From: Eledone cirrhosa
Lineage: Eukaryota
Length of the DNA stretch: 64,000 nt
Assembly (NCBI GenBank): GCA_964016885.1
Contig: OZ024743.1
Coordinates: 331,018,001 to 331,082,000 of the forward strand
Direction: 5' to 3'
In this document: positions 12,829-24,770 of the stretch, piece after piece
Numbering within the stretch: position 1 is the first letter of the stretch
Layout: every line of letters starts with the position of its first letter
Made by a program: the position numbers and the translations under genes
The notes under the pieces: generated by a model
Database searches by the model: none
What the model was told of the DNA's origin: nothing
The model's input: the letters and a program-made list of their open reading frames with translations, nothing else

Positions 12829-13630
12829 TGGTTTTATAAATATAGTTTCCATTTATTTAATATCGTATATATATATTTATATATTTATTAAAATAACAGA
12901 TTAAAGTTTAAGCAAAGAATCGCTGCTTTCACCCTTAACGGGATCTTCTGAAACTAACTTGCTTAAACTTTAATCTGTTATTTTAATAAATATTTGCTCT
13001 ACGGTTCTTATATATTTGATATATATTTATCCTTATCGAGCCCTCTTTGGATTTTAGTCTTCACATTTATTATTATTACTATATATATATATATATACAC
13101 ACACATCGCTAGAACAGCTGTTGAAACAGCCAAATGCTGTCAAAGACAGTGATGGGCAAAAATGTCTCAGAGGACAGAGACCAGCAACCTGTTGTCAACA
13201 GAGAGACAAGTCTCAAGGTGGGTGACAGGCAGATGAAATATAGAAATGACTGAAAGAGGAGAACAAGTTAGAAGTGTGTTGGCTCATAGAAATGACTGGT
13301 AAAAGGAAATAATGAAAGATGTACAAGACAAGTTTACACACACATCTTCCTCCTCATCAGCTCTCAAACCATCAAAATGGTTTCGCATGATTTAATTGAG
13401 AGTATATATATATATATATGAGTGTATATCATATGACATATGTCGGTATATATATCATCTAGACACACAAGCACACATACATGCTTACCTAGTTATATAT
13501 ACGTCTATTAATACAAGTAAAAACATACATTAACATAACTGCAATTAAATATATAAATTATAGCTGAAGTCATATCATATATGGAGTATGTTGATTTATA
13601 TATATATTACATGCGCACACATACAAACAC

Positions 13631-13699
<69 letters not shown>

Positions 13700-13702
<3 letters not shown>

Positions 13703-14098
13703 TCATCATCATCATCATCATCGTTTAACGTCCATCTTCCACGCTTGCATGGGTTTGGACGGGAATTTTGCCACTTGAGGCAAGATTGGTTGTCTTGCTC
13801 GTATAGGACTGTCTGGCGGGTTTTCTACGGCTGGATGCCCTTCCTAACACCAACCACGTTTACAGTGTGGCCTGGGAGGTTTTTACTGTGTTACCTACAC
13901 GGCCACATTACAGCGTGGACTGTGTTTTTTGTCGTTTATTTAGGGCTGGATGTTGTGGTACCAACATAACTTTACATCGAAAGGGGTGGATGGGGTGGAG
14001 GTAGTGTCATTTTGTTAAGAGGTGCCTACTGACTGTAGGTTTCGCTTTGTACTTAGGCAAGGCGGGTCTTCTGTATTACTGTGTAGCGCCAAAGATCT

Positions 14099-14100
<2 letters not shown>
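13700..14100 (-). mobile_element. RTE LINE 3' end
   Basis: Reverse complement closely matches 4770-5209, with a (cat)n tail; flanked by (TA)n. Confidence 0.88.
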
Positions 14101-14139
<39 letters not shown>

Positions 14140-14142
<3 letters not shown>

Positions 14143-15868
14143 GAAGGTGAGTAATATTGTAGAACAATAAAACTATGCAGATATCAGATAAGTCGCACTC
14201 AACAGTTGAGTTATTAATAATATCCCTAAATTATTTTTTAGGGCATTACATAACAGCTTCCCTCCTTCACATATATATAGCAAGCTTTTCAAAAGGCATA
14301 CTATTAAATTCTCGTATTCTACTACTTCGAACATTTCTAAAATTATCTCAAGACATAATTCTAAAATATTAAATAATAACTCATATGCATCCAACCATGA
14401 GAGTCATAATAATAATAACACTATAAGGCCTGACGTCAATGTAAACTCTAGGCAAAATAACACAAGTATAAATACGAAGTCAAACATAATTTTGAGGAAT
14501 GCATCAAATACTAATGTAAATCTGGAAACTTTAGCACCTCCTTTAGTTAATTCCACCACTCCAGTTCCTAATATAATTAATCCTGGGCCACTTGCAAATA
14601 ACTCTGTAAATAATCTTAATCGTAAATGCAACTGCCCTATTAGAACTAATTGTCCTCTTAGTAATTTCTGTCTCGATAAAAACCTAGTATGCGAATGTGA
14701 AGTGGTAACTAGTACCAACACATATACCTACATTGGCTCTACTTCTACCTACTTTAAAGCAAGACTCTATAATCATTCTTCTACATTTAAATCTCTACTT
14801 AAAAGGACCAGCGCCGCACTCTCAGAACTTATTTGGTCCTTAAAAGACAAAAACATAAATTACAAAATTTCTTGGCGTAAAATCTACAACGCATCTCCAT
14901 ACTCCAATGCTTCCATATCTAGTGTTTGTAATTTATGTCTAGTTGAAAAATTTACCATTATCTCGAATTTCAACACAATAATAAATCGAAGAACCGATTT
15001 ATTTGGACTTTGTAATCATAAATCCTACAAGACCTTTCACAAAGTATATAGCTGATGTCCTATAACATATTTCACGAGTCATGGTTATCTTTACACATCT
15101 TTCATTATATTCTACAATGTATTAATTTGGTTTTCCCATCATATTTTAAGCCTTTGATCTTTTTTTCTATAGCCTTAGATTTTTGCTCAAACCTTCGTAG
15201 ATTTTCTAAACAAATTATGACGTCATATGTTTTTCTACGTTTATAAATCTTTCTAGCAATTTCCTTTATTTACTTGTTGATATAAAATAAAAATTAAATA
15301 GTATACCACACATATATAGATTTTACTAGAAATTATTAATTTTGACATAGATAGACTATTTTTTATATTTATTTTATTTTATTTTATTAATACATTTTTA
15401 CACTTCTTATTCTAATTTTTAGTATTTAAACCCAATATAAAATAATATACCCAGTTTCTATATTTAGGCCTCTAATATTTGAATACCATCTATAATATTC
15501 GCACATACACCTCATCAATTTACTTTTCAACCGTTATTTACAGCTGTTTTCATTTTGACAGCGTTCCTGATCAAAAGTCTCTCTCTCTCCCTTTTTTCTT
15601 CTTTTTTTCCTTTCTTTTCTTCTCTTTCTTTTTCCTTTTTCTCATTTTCTTTCCTTTCTTCTATTTTCCTATCTATTTCTTACTATAGTTTTAACACTTA
15701 TATTTCTGTCATATGTAGACTTAGCACTTTCCTGTAAACAAGTGCTATTATGCCTCATATCATGTTACCTTATTTTATCTGATGAGAACACAATTTCTGC
15801 CCCAGGATGATTTTGTATTTGAAATGCGCATAATAAAATATATGGAACTCTTTTAATTTCTTCTTTAT
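14140..15868 (+). mobile_element. Second Naiad-type Penelope-like element, 3' portion
   Basis: Open frame ~14210-15055 reads IPKLFFRALHNSFPP...KRHTIKFSYS...CNCPIRTNCPLSNFCL...YIGSTSTYFKARLYNH...CNLC...CNH (linker plus GIY-YIG). The AT-rich 3' UTR carries a hammerhead and the element is flanked by (TA)n. Confidence 0.9.
15771..15840 (+). ncRNA. Type I hammerhead ribozyme
   Basis: tattttat-CTGATGA-gaacacaa...ttgtattt-GAAA-tgcgca-TA-ataaaata, with a perfect 8-bp stem I and palindromic stem III ATGCGCAT. Confidence 0.88.
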
Positions 15869-15944
15869 TATATATATATATATATATATAGGCATACGTC
15901 AAGACGGCCGGTCTCAAAAGTGAAACTAATTTTTTACCGTTACG

Positions 15945-17325
15945 TACGCTATATTCTTAGTTAGTTTACCTGTGATCTCACTACATCTTTTATGTACCCA
16001 TACTTTGCATTTGGGACATAAAATGGAGTTTCTACCTACTCCTTTCCTACACACTGAGCATGGCCATTTCCCAGATGGGACCGGTGCCCTATTTTCCTTC
16101 CTACAAACTAGAACTTTAGTCTTAGACAAGTTAACTTTAAGGCCTTTTGATTCTAGGCCATGCTTCCATGTTTGGAATTTCTTCTCTAGTTCAGCCATTG
16201 ATTCAGCTATTAGCGTTAGATCATCTGCATATAGGAGTTCCCATGGGCAGCCGGTCTTGAACTCCTCTGTTATAGCCTGAAGGGCAATAATAAATAGTAG
16301 GGGGCTAAGGATGGAGCCCTGATGAACACCAACTTTTACGCTAAACTCTTCACTATATTCGTTGTTAATTCTAACCTTGCTGACTGTTTCTTTATACATG
16401 ACTTGTATAGCTCTCACAGGCCATTCATCAACACCTAGTTTTCTAAGGGCCCACCAGATAATCGAGCGGGGTACTCTGTCAAAGGCTTTCTCCAAGTCAA
16501 CAAAAGCTAAGTATAGGGGTTTACTTTTAGCTAGGTACTTCTCCTGTAGTTGTCGTACAATGAAAAGAGCGTCTGTTGTACTTTTACATGACACAAACCC
16601 GACCTGCATTTCGTCTAGATCAATTCGCTCTCTGATTAGTTGCGCTATTACTTTTTCTGTGACCTTCATGACCTGGTCAATTAATTTAATGCCTCTATAG
16701 TTTCCCCTATCTAGGGCATCACCTTTACCCTTGTAGCAGTTAACGATGATGCTGCTGCGCCAGTCCTTCGGAACGACCCCATTCTGTATGACTTGGTTTA
16801 CTATCCGGGTGACCATAGTGTATCCCACCGTTCCAGATGCTTTCAGCATTTCAGCAACTATTTCCAAAGGCCCGGCCGCCTTGCCCGTCTTCATATCTTT
16901 GATCGCCTTACTTATTATACTACCTTCAACTTGCACTGCTGGTCCCTCTATTGGGTCGATGTGGGGGAGACTGTCTTTCTCCCAATTATTCTCCTCATTT
17001 AGTAGCCTTTCGTAGTGACACTTCCAAGCTACCTTCTTATCAGCGTCAGTGATGGCAAGCAAGTACACCATCATCATTTAGGACACACTTCTCCCCGACA
17101 ATATCACTGTTTTCCTTGACACATTGCCTAGCAATCCTGAACACCTCACGTTTTTGGTCCTCACGTTGTAGAACATGCTTGAACTTTCTTTCCTCTGCTT
17201 CCCTTCTTGCGAAGTACACTTGTCTCCTAGCTTCCCTCCTGGCCACTTGATAGTCTTCTCTACTTCCCCCATCCCGCCATGCTTTCCAAGCCTGCTTTTT
17301 GGCCTTGATTGACCTCTCCATAATT
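15945..17325 (-). mobile_element. RTE-clade LINE internal fragment (RT plus PHD-like finger)
   Basis: ORF 15926-17077 contains NYRGIKL, FVDLEKAFDRV, GVHQGSILSP, YADD and then CSVC...CPKC..WVHKRC. An upstream frameshifted part lies at 17046-17325. Confidence 0.93.
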
Positions 17326-17720
17326 GAAATTCCAGTAGGAAAGCTAAAGCAAGATGTTGAAGCAAGGATTGCATATAACTTCATAAGATACATATGTCTA
17401 AAAAAAAAAGGCAGTAAAAATAAACCAATACTACTCTTGATGATGACGCCATGAGAGTCTGGAAACACTGGTAAAATTATAGACTTAGGAATTTTATTTT
17501 TCTAACCACTGTGGGGGACTTAGAAAATAGAAGCTTTTCATAAAGGAATTGAAACTGGAAAATAGCCATGTTTTTAACAACATATATGTAATAGAAACAA
17601 CTGTTCCACATAGATGTGAATATTTCATGTGTGTGTGTATCTCTATATATGTGTGTGTGTGTATATATATATATATATAATAGGTGGTTCAGTAGAATAC
17701 ACACACACATCATATATACA

Positions 17721-17753
<33 letters not shown>

Positions 17754-18159
17754 GTGTGTATATAATGTGTGTGTGTGTGTATATATATATACATGCACAC
17801 AAATATATATGTGTGTGTGTGCATGTGTTCTATCTGTCTACCTATTTCTCTCATTCTCTCCGCTTCTCTCTCTAAATGAACAAAATCCCTCCACACCTCC
17901 ACCTCTCCCACCACTCCCACGCCCTCCTCCTCTCCCACCAACCACCCCCTTCCTCGCCCACCATCCACCCCCACGCCCTCCTCCTCTCCCACCACCCGCC
18001 TCCCCACCCTCTTCCTCTCCCACAATCCCCCACCCTCCTCTCCCACCCTCCACCTCCCCACTCTCATTATTATACCAATAACAGATACTTGGTGGATACT
18101 TGTAATTAACATCTATTGATACTAAAATGAAATGCCCAACAGCACACACACTTACTGAT

Positions 18160-19316
18160 GTTGGTAGTGGTGGTTGTAGTGGTAGTGGTGGTTGTAGTGC
18201 TGGTTGTAGTGGTAGTGGTGGTTGTAGTGGTGGTTGAGTGGTAGTGGTGGATGTAGTGGTGATTGAGTGGTAGTGGTGGTTGTAGTGGTGGTTGTAATGG
18301 TAGTGGTGGTTGTAGTGGTAGTGGTGGTTGTAGTGGTGGTTGTAGTGGTGGTTGAGTGGTAGTGGTGGTTGTAGTGGTGGTTGAGTGATAGTGGTGGTTT
18401 TAGTGGTGGTTGTAGTGGTGGTTGAGTGGTAGTGGTGGTTTTAGTGGTGGTTGAGTGGTAGTGGTGGATGGAGTGGTGGTTGAGTGGTAGTGGTGGTTGT
18501 AGTGGTGGTTGTAATGGTAGTGGTGGTTGTAGTGCTAGTGGTGGTTGTAGTGGTAGTGGTGGTTGTAGTGCTTGTAGTGGTAGTGGTGGTTGTAGTGGTA
18601 GTGGTGGTTGTAGTGGTTGGTGGTTGTAGTGGTAGTGGTAGTGGTAGTGGTTGTAGTAATGGTGGTTGTAGTGGTTGTGTTGGTTGTAGTGGTAGTTGTG
18701 GTGGTAGTGGTGGTAGTGGTGATTGTAGTGGTAGTGGTGGTTGTAGTGGTGGTTGTAGTGGTGGTTGTAGTGGTAGTGGTGATGGTTGTAGTGGTAGTTG
18801 TGGTTGTAGTGGTAGTGGTGGTTGTAGTGGTAGTGGTAGTGGTAGTGGTGGTTGTAGTGATAGTGGTGGTTGTAGTGGTGGTTGTAGTTGTAGCGGTGGT
18901 CGTAGTGGTAGTGATGGTTGTAGTGGTAGTGGTGGTGGTAGTGGTGGCTGTAGTGATGGTAGTGGTGGTTGTAGTGGTAGTAATAGTGGTAGTGATGGTT
19001 GTAGTGGTGGTTGTAGTGGTAGTGGAGGTTGTGATGGTTGTAGTGGTTGTAGTAGTGATGGTATTAGTAGTGTTAGTGGTAGTGATGGTAGTGTTAGTGT
19101 TGTAGTGATAGTGGTGTGGGTTAAGTAATAGTTGTTATTGTTGCGATGTTGGTCTAGTAGTAGTAGTAGTAGTGATAGTATTGATAGTAGTAGTAGTGGT
19201 AGTGTTGATAGTAGATAGTAGTAGTATTAGTAGTGGTAGTAGTAGTAGTAGTAGTAGTAGTAGTATTGATAGTAGTAGTAGTAGCGGTGATGGTGGTGGT
19301 GGTAGTAGTAGTAGTC
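18160..19316. repeat. (GTA)/(GTG)/(GTT) low-complexity tract
   Basis: Direct inspection; explains the poly-Val and Gly/Ser ORFs. Confidence 0.9.
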
Positions 19317-19392
19317 GTTTTCTTACAGTGGTACTGGAAAGTGTGACAGACCATGAAATTAATACTCCATGTTAACAAGAGTTGGGTTCCTC

Positions 19393-22005
19393 TCATAACT
19401 TAGAAGAGATGTAAGATCTGTCAGAACTATATCATAACTTAGAAGAGATGTAAGATCTGTCAGAACTATATCATAACTTAGAAGTGATGTAAGATCTGTC
19501 AGAACAATATCATAACTTAGAAGAGATGTAAGATCTGTCAGAACTATATCATAACTTAGAAGTGATGTAAGATCTGTCAGAACTATATCATAACTTAGAA
19601 GTGATGTAATATCTGTCAGAACTATATCATAACTTAGAAGTGATGTAAGATCTGTCAGAACTATATCATAACTTAGAAGTGATGTAAGATCTGTCAGAAC
19701 AATATCATAACTTAGAAGTGATGTAAGATCTGTCAGAACAATATCATAACTTAGAAGTGATGTAAGATCTGTCAGAACTATATCATAACTTAGAAGTGAT
19801 GTAAGATCTGTCAGAACTATATCATAACTTAGAAGTGATGTAAGATCTGTCAGAACTATATCATAACTTAGAAGTGATGTAAGATCTGTCAGAACTATAT
19901 CATAACTTAGAAGTGATGTAAGATCTGTCAGAACTATATCATAACTCAGAAGTGATGTAAGATCTGTCAGAACTATATCATAACTTAGAAGAGATGTAAG
20001 ATCTGTCAGAACAATATCATAACTTAGAAGTGATGTAAGATCTGTCAGAACTATATCATAACTTAGAAGAGATGTAAGATCTGTCAGAACAATATCATAA
20101 CTTAGAAGTGATGTAAGATCTGTCAGAACTATATCATAACTTAGAAGTGATGTAAGATCTGTCAGAACTATATCATAACTTAGAAGTGATGTAAGATCTG
20201 TCAGAACAATATCATAACTTAGAAGTGATGTAAGATCTGTCAGAACTATATCATAACTTAGAAGTGATGTAAGATCTGTCAGAACAATATCATAACTTAG
20301 AAGAGATGTAAGATCTGTCAGAACTATATCATAACTTAGAAGTGATGTAAGATCTGTCAGAACTATATCATAACTTAGAAGTGATGTAAGATCTGTCAGA
20401 ACAATATCATAACTTAGAAGTGATGTAAGATCTGTCAGAACTATATCATAACTTAGAAGTGATGTAAGATCTGTCAGAACAATATCATAACTTAGAAGTG
20501 ATGTAAGATCTGTCAGAACTATATCATAACTTAGAAGTGATGTAAGATCTGCTAGAAATATATCATAACTTAGAAGTGATATATGGATCCATTAGGGATA
20601 TGTCATAACTTAGTAATGATACATGATCTGCTAGAAATATACCATAAATTAGTAGCGATGCCTGGATCGATTAGACATATGTCATAAGTTATGACATATG
20701 ACTATAACTTAGTAATGATATATGGATCCATGAAAGATATGTCATAACTTAGTAATGAAGTAGGTTCCCTTAGAGGTATGTCATAAATTATGATGTATGA
20801 TTTAGTAAAGACATGTCATAATATACCAATAGTGTATGATCCAATAGTGATATGACAATTTACAATTGAAGAATGATTTAGTAAAGACTAGCAGAATGGC
20901 CCGGCGTTAATCGGGATTCTGAACATAGATTGGCATGTTTATCCCTCCTTTCTGAAACAGTACAGAGAAGTACGGAATACCTCGGTCGGGGGATGGTGTC
21001 TACATTTTGTGCTTATAAAAAAATTTGTCGTAGATTGCCAGGGGTTTAACTTAATTGGGTGCCTGAGAGTAAAATGTTCAACCCACGAAAGCCAAGACCA
21101 TAGGGTTAAGTAAAAAGGCATTCGACAAACCGAACATGTATTTGTTGTGCTATGGTAGAATGAAAGCAATAGTTACAGAGCAGTAAGCATGTGGGACTGC
21201 AGTGATGGAGAGCATGAAGGAATTTAGTTGGATACTTTTAAGACCCTAACACAACCAAAATACTAAACAATGCGGTCTCCAGGCAAAAATTTGAAATCTT
21301 TTTCAGTCAAGAAAATTTGTGAAACATAAGTAATGCATATGCAAAGTTTAAAAAAAATTGGTTGGGTACTTCTCGAGTTACAGGCCCTAACGCAACCAAA
21401 ATGCTTTAAAAAATCATTTTTTGCCTAATGTGGTACCTGGGGCAAAAAATGAGAAAATCTTTCTTGCTCAAAACACTTTAAACTACATAAGTAATGCTAA
21501 TTTTGAAGAATCGCCTGGATTATTGTTCCGTTATACCTCAAAAAAGCCTTTACAGCCTAAAATATGCAGTTTTTCACCTAATGCGGTCCCTAGGGCATTG
21601 AAAATTTGAAATATTTTTTGCTCAAAACACTCACATGACCAGAAGTATTACATGTGTAAATTTTGAAAAAAATCGGTTGGGTGGTTCTTGAGTTTTAGGG
21701 GACAGACAGACATTCTCTGTTTTCGATATATAGATATGTCATAACATGCCAATGACGTATGATCCAGTAGAGATATATCATAAGTTACTCATAATGTATG
21801 ATCTGCAAAATATGTCATAACTTACCAGTATGTATGATCCAGTAGAGATATATCATAAGTTACTCATAATGTATGATCAGCAAAATATATGTCATAACTT
21901 ACCAGTATGTATGATCCAGTAGAGATATATCATAAGTTACTCATAATGTATGATCAGCAAAATATATGTCATAACTTACCAATGATGTATGATCCAGTAG
22001 AGATA
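19393..22005. repeat. 39-bp minisatellite: ~30 homogeneous copies (19393-20580), then diverged copies running into the host exon and interrupted by a Helitron
   Basis: Unit tcataacttagaagtgatgtaagatctgtcagaactata, period 39 (19393 to 19432). Confidence 0.95.
20888..21734 (-). mobile_element. Non-autonomous Helitron
   Basis: Minus strand starts TCTATATATC...tgtctgtctgtc and ends with hairpin cccg-attaacgc-cggg then CTAG. It is inserted between A and T without a TSD. Removing it restores the satellite unit gatttagtaaaga|tatgtcataac. Confidence 0.88.
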
Positions 22006-22057
22006 TGCCTTCTTCCTGAACAGCAATCCAAAACTGGTTTTGGTCCCTGCCTTTAAA
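21980..22057 (-). CDS. PLEKHH: Exon of PLEKHH1/2 (MAX-1)-like gene, FERM C-lobe start
   Basis: Acceptor ttgttttacAG, 78-nt phase-0 exon, donor GTAAGT. It translates FKGRDQNQFWIAVQEEGISLLDHTSL, matching PLEKHH WLAVxEDGxSLLE. Confidence 0.9.
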
Positions 22058-22179
22058 CTGTAAAACAATAACATAACACACATTGGAGTTACTAAGCATC
22101 ATCAAAACAAACCAGTAACATATTATCTATAAAATAACTATTAATTTATCTTGAAATTCTAATAAGAACCATCATAATT

Positions 22180-22580
22180 AATGGTTTCTGATTTAGGCAC
22201 AAGGCCAACAATTTGCTTTGAGGAGAAAGTTAATTAAATCTATCCCAGTATACTACAGGTACTTTATTTTATTGACCCCGTAAGGATGAACGGCAAAGCC
22301 AACCTCAGTGGGATTTGAACTAAATACTGCCAAGTATTTTGCCCGACTCTAACGATTCTGTCAATCTACCACCCCAAGAACCATCATAATTAATAATTAT
22401 TTCTACTTTTGGCACAAGGCCAGCAATTATTCCAGTACATTACTGGTACTTTATTTTATTGACCCCGTAACGATCAAAGGCAAAGTTAACCTCAGCGGGA
22501 TTTGAACTCAGATCATAAAGGGACGTAATTCTAAGCTGAAAAAGCATGTTGTCTGACGCTCTACTGATACTGCCAATAAT
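22180..22580 (-). mobile_element. Two tandem tRNA-derived SINEs with a Nin/Deu-like core
   Basis: Reverse complements contain the B-box gagttcaaatccc, the core gcctttcatccttacggggtc.ataaaataaagtaccag and the tail ggccttgtgcc. Confidence 0.75.
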
Positions 22581-22679
22581 GATTAGATTCACTACCCACT
22601 GCATTCCATATTAAATTTTGCTTCACTAAAATTTCACAATTGTCTCCCCTCCCTTTTTTTGGACTAGATATGATCATTT

Positions 22680-22942
22680 AGAGTCTTAACATAAGTGTCA
22701 CTGAGTCTCATAAGATCCAGTGTCACTGAGTCACTTAAGACTAAGGGTCACTGAGTCTCATAAGATCCAGTGTTACTGAGTTTCATAAGACTTGAGTCAC
22801 TGAGTCTCGTAAGACCCAGTGTATCAGATATCTGACTCATTTAAAATCCAGTATATCTGAGTCCCTTAAGATCAAGTGTCACTGAGTCACCTAAGAACCA
22901 GTGTCCCTGAGTTTCCTAAGACTCAGTATAACTGAGTCACTC
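22680..22942. repeat. ~25-bp degenerate tandem repeat
   Basis: About 10 units resembling agtgtcactgagtctcataagatcc. Confidence 0.8.
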
Positions 22943-23151
22943 TTGGATGCCATTAATAAAGTCCATTCTGCTGGAAGTATTCAGACCAAGCCTGCAGTAT
23001 GGGGATAACTTTCGCTTTTCCTCTCACTAATCTTGAAAACCCTCAATAAATGTTATGGGCACTGCTCTTCTTCTCCTCACTACCATCTAATTACTATCTT
23101 ATAGGTAATTTAACACACTTAAGATTGTTGTGAAACCTGTTTCTAGCTTAA

Positions 23152-23356
23152 CCCTTTAGTATTTACATTACTCTATATTTACTTTGGTATTTTCGTGGTA
23201 AAGGCTTTATCTCATATAATATCGAATCTATGAGATTTTGATATTTATTTTGAGAACAATACCTCAACATCAGTATGATTGGCCAGTTACAGCCAGTTTG
23301 AACAGAAAGAGGTGAGAGAGTTCTGGCTAGATACAGTTGGTTTCAATGCTAAAGGG
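23152..23356. mobile_element. piggyBac-type MITE
   Basis: TTAA|CCCTTTAG ... CTAAAGGG|TTAA. Related copies lie at 61608-61812 and, partially, 50035-50185. Confidence 0.8.
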
Positions 23357-23616
23357 TTAAGGCTCATGTGCACTACATGTATGTGTGTAAGATGATTTAA
23401 CAGAATGTCCTGTTTATTGTATCTTTACTAATGGATAGATTGTTGTGAAAATTTGTAGTATTAAAGTAAAGATATACATTTTTAATGTGATGTAGTTTTG
23501 TACTTTTCAAGAATAGATTGCTAATGTGGTTTCATGGAGGACAAGATGATAATAAATTTTTTAAATGTAAGAGAAATTTCTTTTACTAATTTTCTTATAT
23601 CCTTATATGGGCAGTC

Positions 23617-23830
23617 AATTGGCAGTATGGGTAGATCGTCGAACACCATGCTTTGCAGCATAGAGTTACAGCCCTTTACATTCTAAGATCAAATCCCGCC
23701 GAGGTCAGTTTTGCCTGTCATCCTTACAGGGTCGATAAAATAAAGTACCAGTAAGTACTGGGGTCGATTTACTTGGCTTTCCCTTCCCCTTCAAATTGCT
23801 GGCCTTGTGCCTAAAGTAGAAACAATTATT
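23617..23830 (+). mobile_element. tRNA-derived SINE (Nin-like core)
   Basis: A/B-box-like head, core cctgtcatccttacagggtcgataaaataaagtacc, tail ggccttgtgcctaaagtagaaacaattatt. Confidence 0.78.
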
Positions 23831-23880
23831 ATGCATATACATGTTAGAAATATGTTGGCTCCATAGAAATGCTATTTTAT

Positions 23881-24072
23881 AATAATTGTTTCTACTTTTG
23901 GCACAAGGCCAGCAATTACCCCAGTACATTACTGGTGCTTTATTTTATCGACCCCGTAAGGATGAAAGGCAAAGTTAACCTTGGCGGGATTTGAACTCAG
24001 AATGTAAGAGGCCATAACTCTATGCTGCAAAGCATGGTGTCCGACCCTCTACCAATAATGCCAATCCACCGC
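23881..24072 (-). mobile_element. tRNA-derived SINE (Nin-like core), inverted relative to its neighbour
   Basis: Same family as 48082-48267, reverse strand; flanked by gctatttt(t)ataataat repeats. Confidence 0.8.
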
Positions 24073-24091
24073 TATTTTTATAATAATATTA

Positions 24092-24346
<255 letters not shown>

Positions 24347-24454
24347 TCAATAATCCAGCTGAAAATCATTGGCAGTATTTAATTTGTTTATTAATCAAGT
24401 TATTTATTTACAAAGAAATCATCACCATCAATGTCAGGCTGTTAAGAGTCATTT

Positions 24455-24770
24455 AGGCATGTGACTTAGTGGTTAGTGTGTTTAGCTCCTCATCATAAGA
24501 CCATGATTTGACTACCTGCAGCACATTGTATCCTTGAGCAAGATACTTTATTTCACATGGCTCCAATCCACTTAGCTGGAAAATATTAGTTCAATCTGTA
24601 ATTCAAAGAGATAACCTTGTCATACTGTGTCATGCTGAATCTCCCTGAGAATTATGTTAACAATGCATATATGAGTAGAATAATGAACCACTTTCATGTT
24701 AATTTCATAGGCAGGCTGTTCCATTGTTGAAACAACTGAAATACTTGTCATTGGAACTGATAGAGGTCTA
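24455..24770 (+). mobile_element. tRNA-derived SINE with Meta-type core
   Basis: Head gtgacttagtggttag and core gtatccttgagcaagatactttatttcaca. Confidence 0.65.

Larger units (their letters stand above)
8942..12867 (+). mobile_element. Penelope-like retroelement (Naiad-type), 5'-truncated with an inverted pseudo-LTR
   Basis: RT plus GIY-YIG coding region. 9028-9571 is a near-perfect inverted copy of 12342-12867, each copy has a hammerhead, and both ends abut (TA)n. Confidence 0.93.

Noticed and set aside
13345-13390. Minus-strand GAAAC...CTGATGA hammerhead-like arrangement
   Set aside because: Stems I and II cannot form.
10724-15055. Selenocysteine recoding as reported for some Naiad elements
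   Set aside because: The conserved Cys positions in both GIY-YIG regions are TGT/TGC, the internal stop is TAG at a Trp position, and the TGA at 15053 follows the normal C-terminus.
19393-20580. CRISPR-like array
   Set aside because: Head-to-tail units with no unique spacers, no cas genes, and a eukaryotic context.
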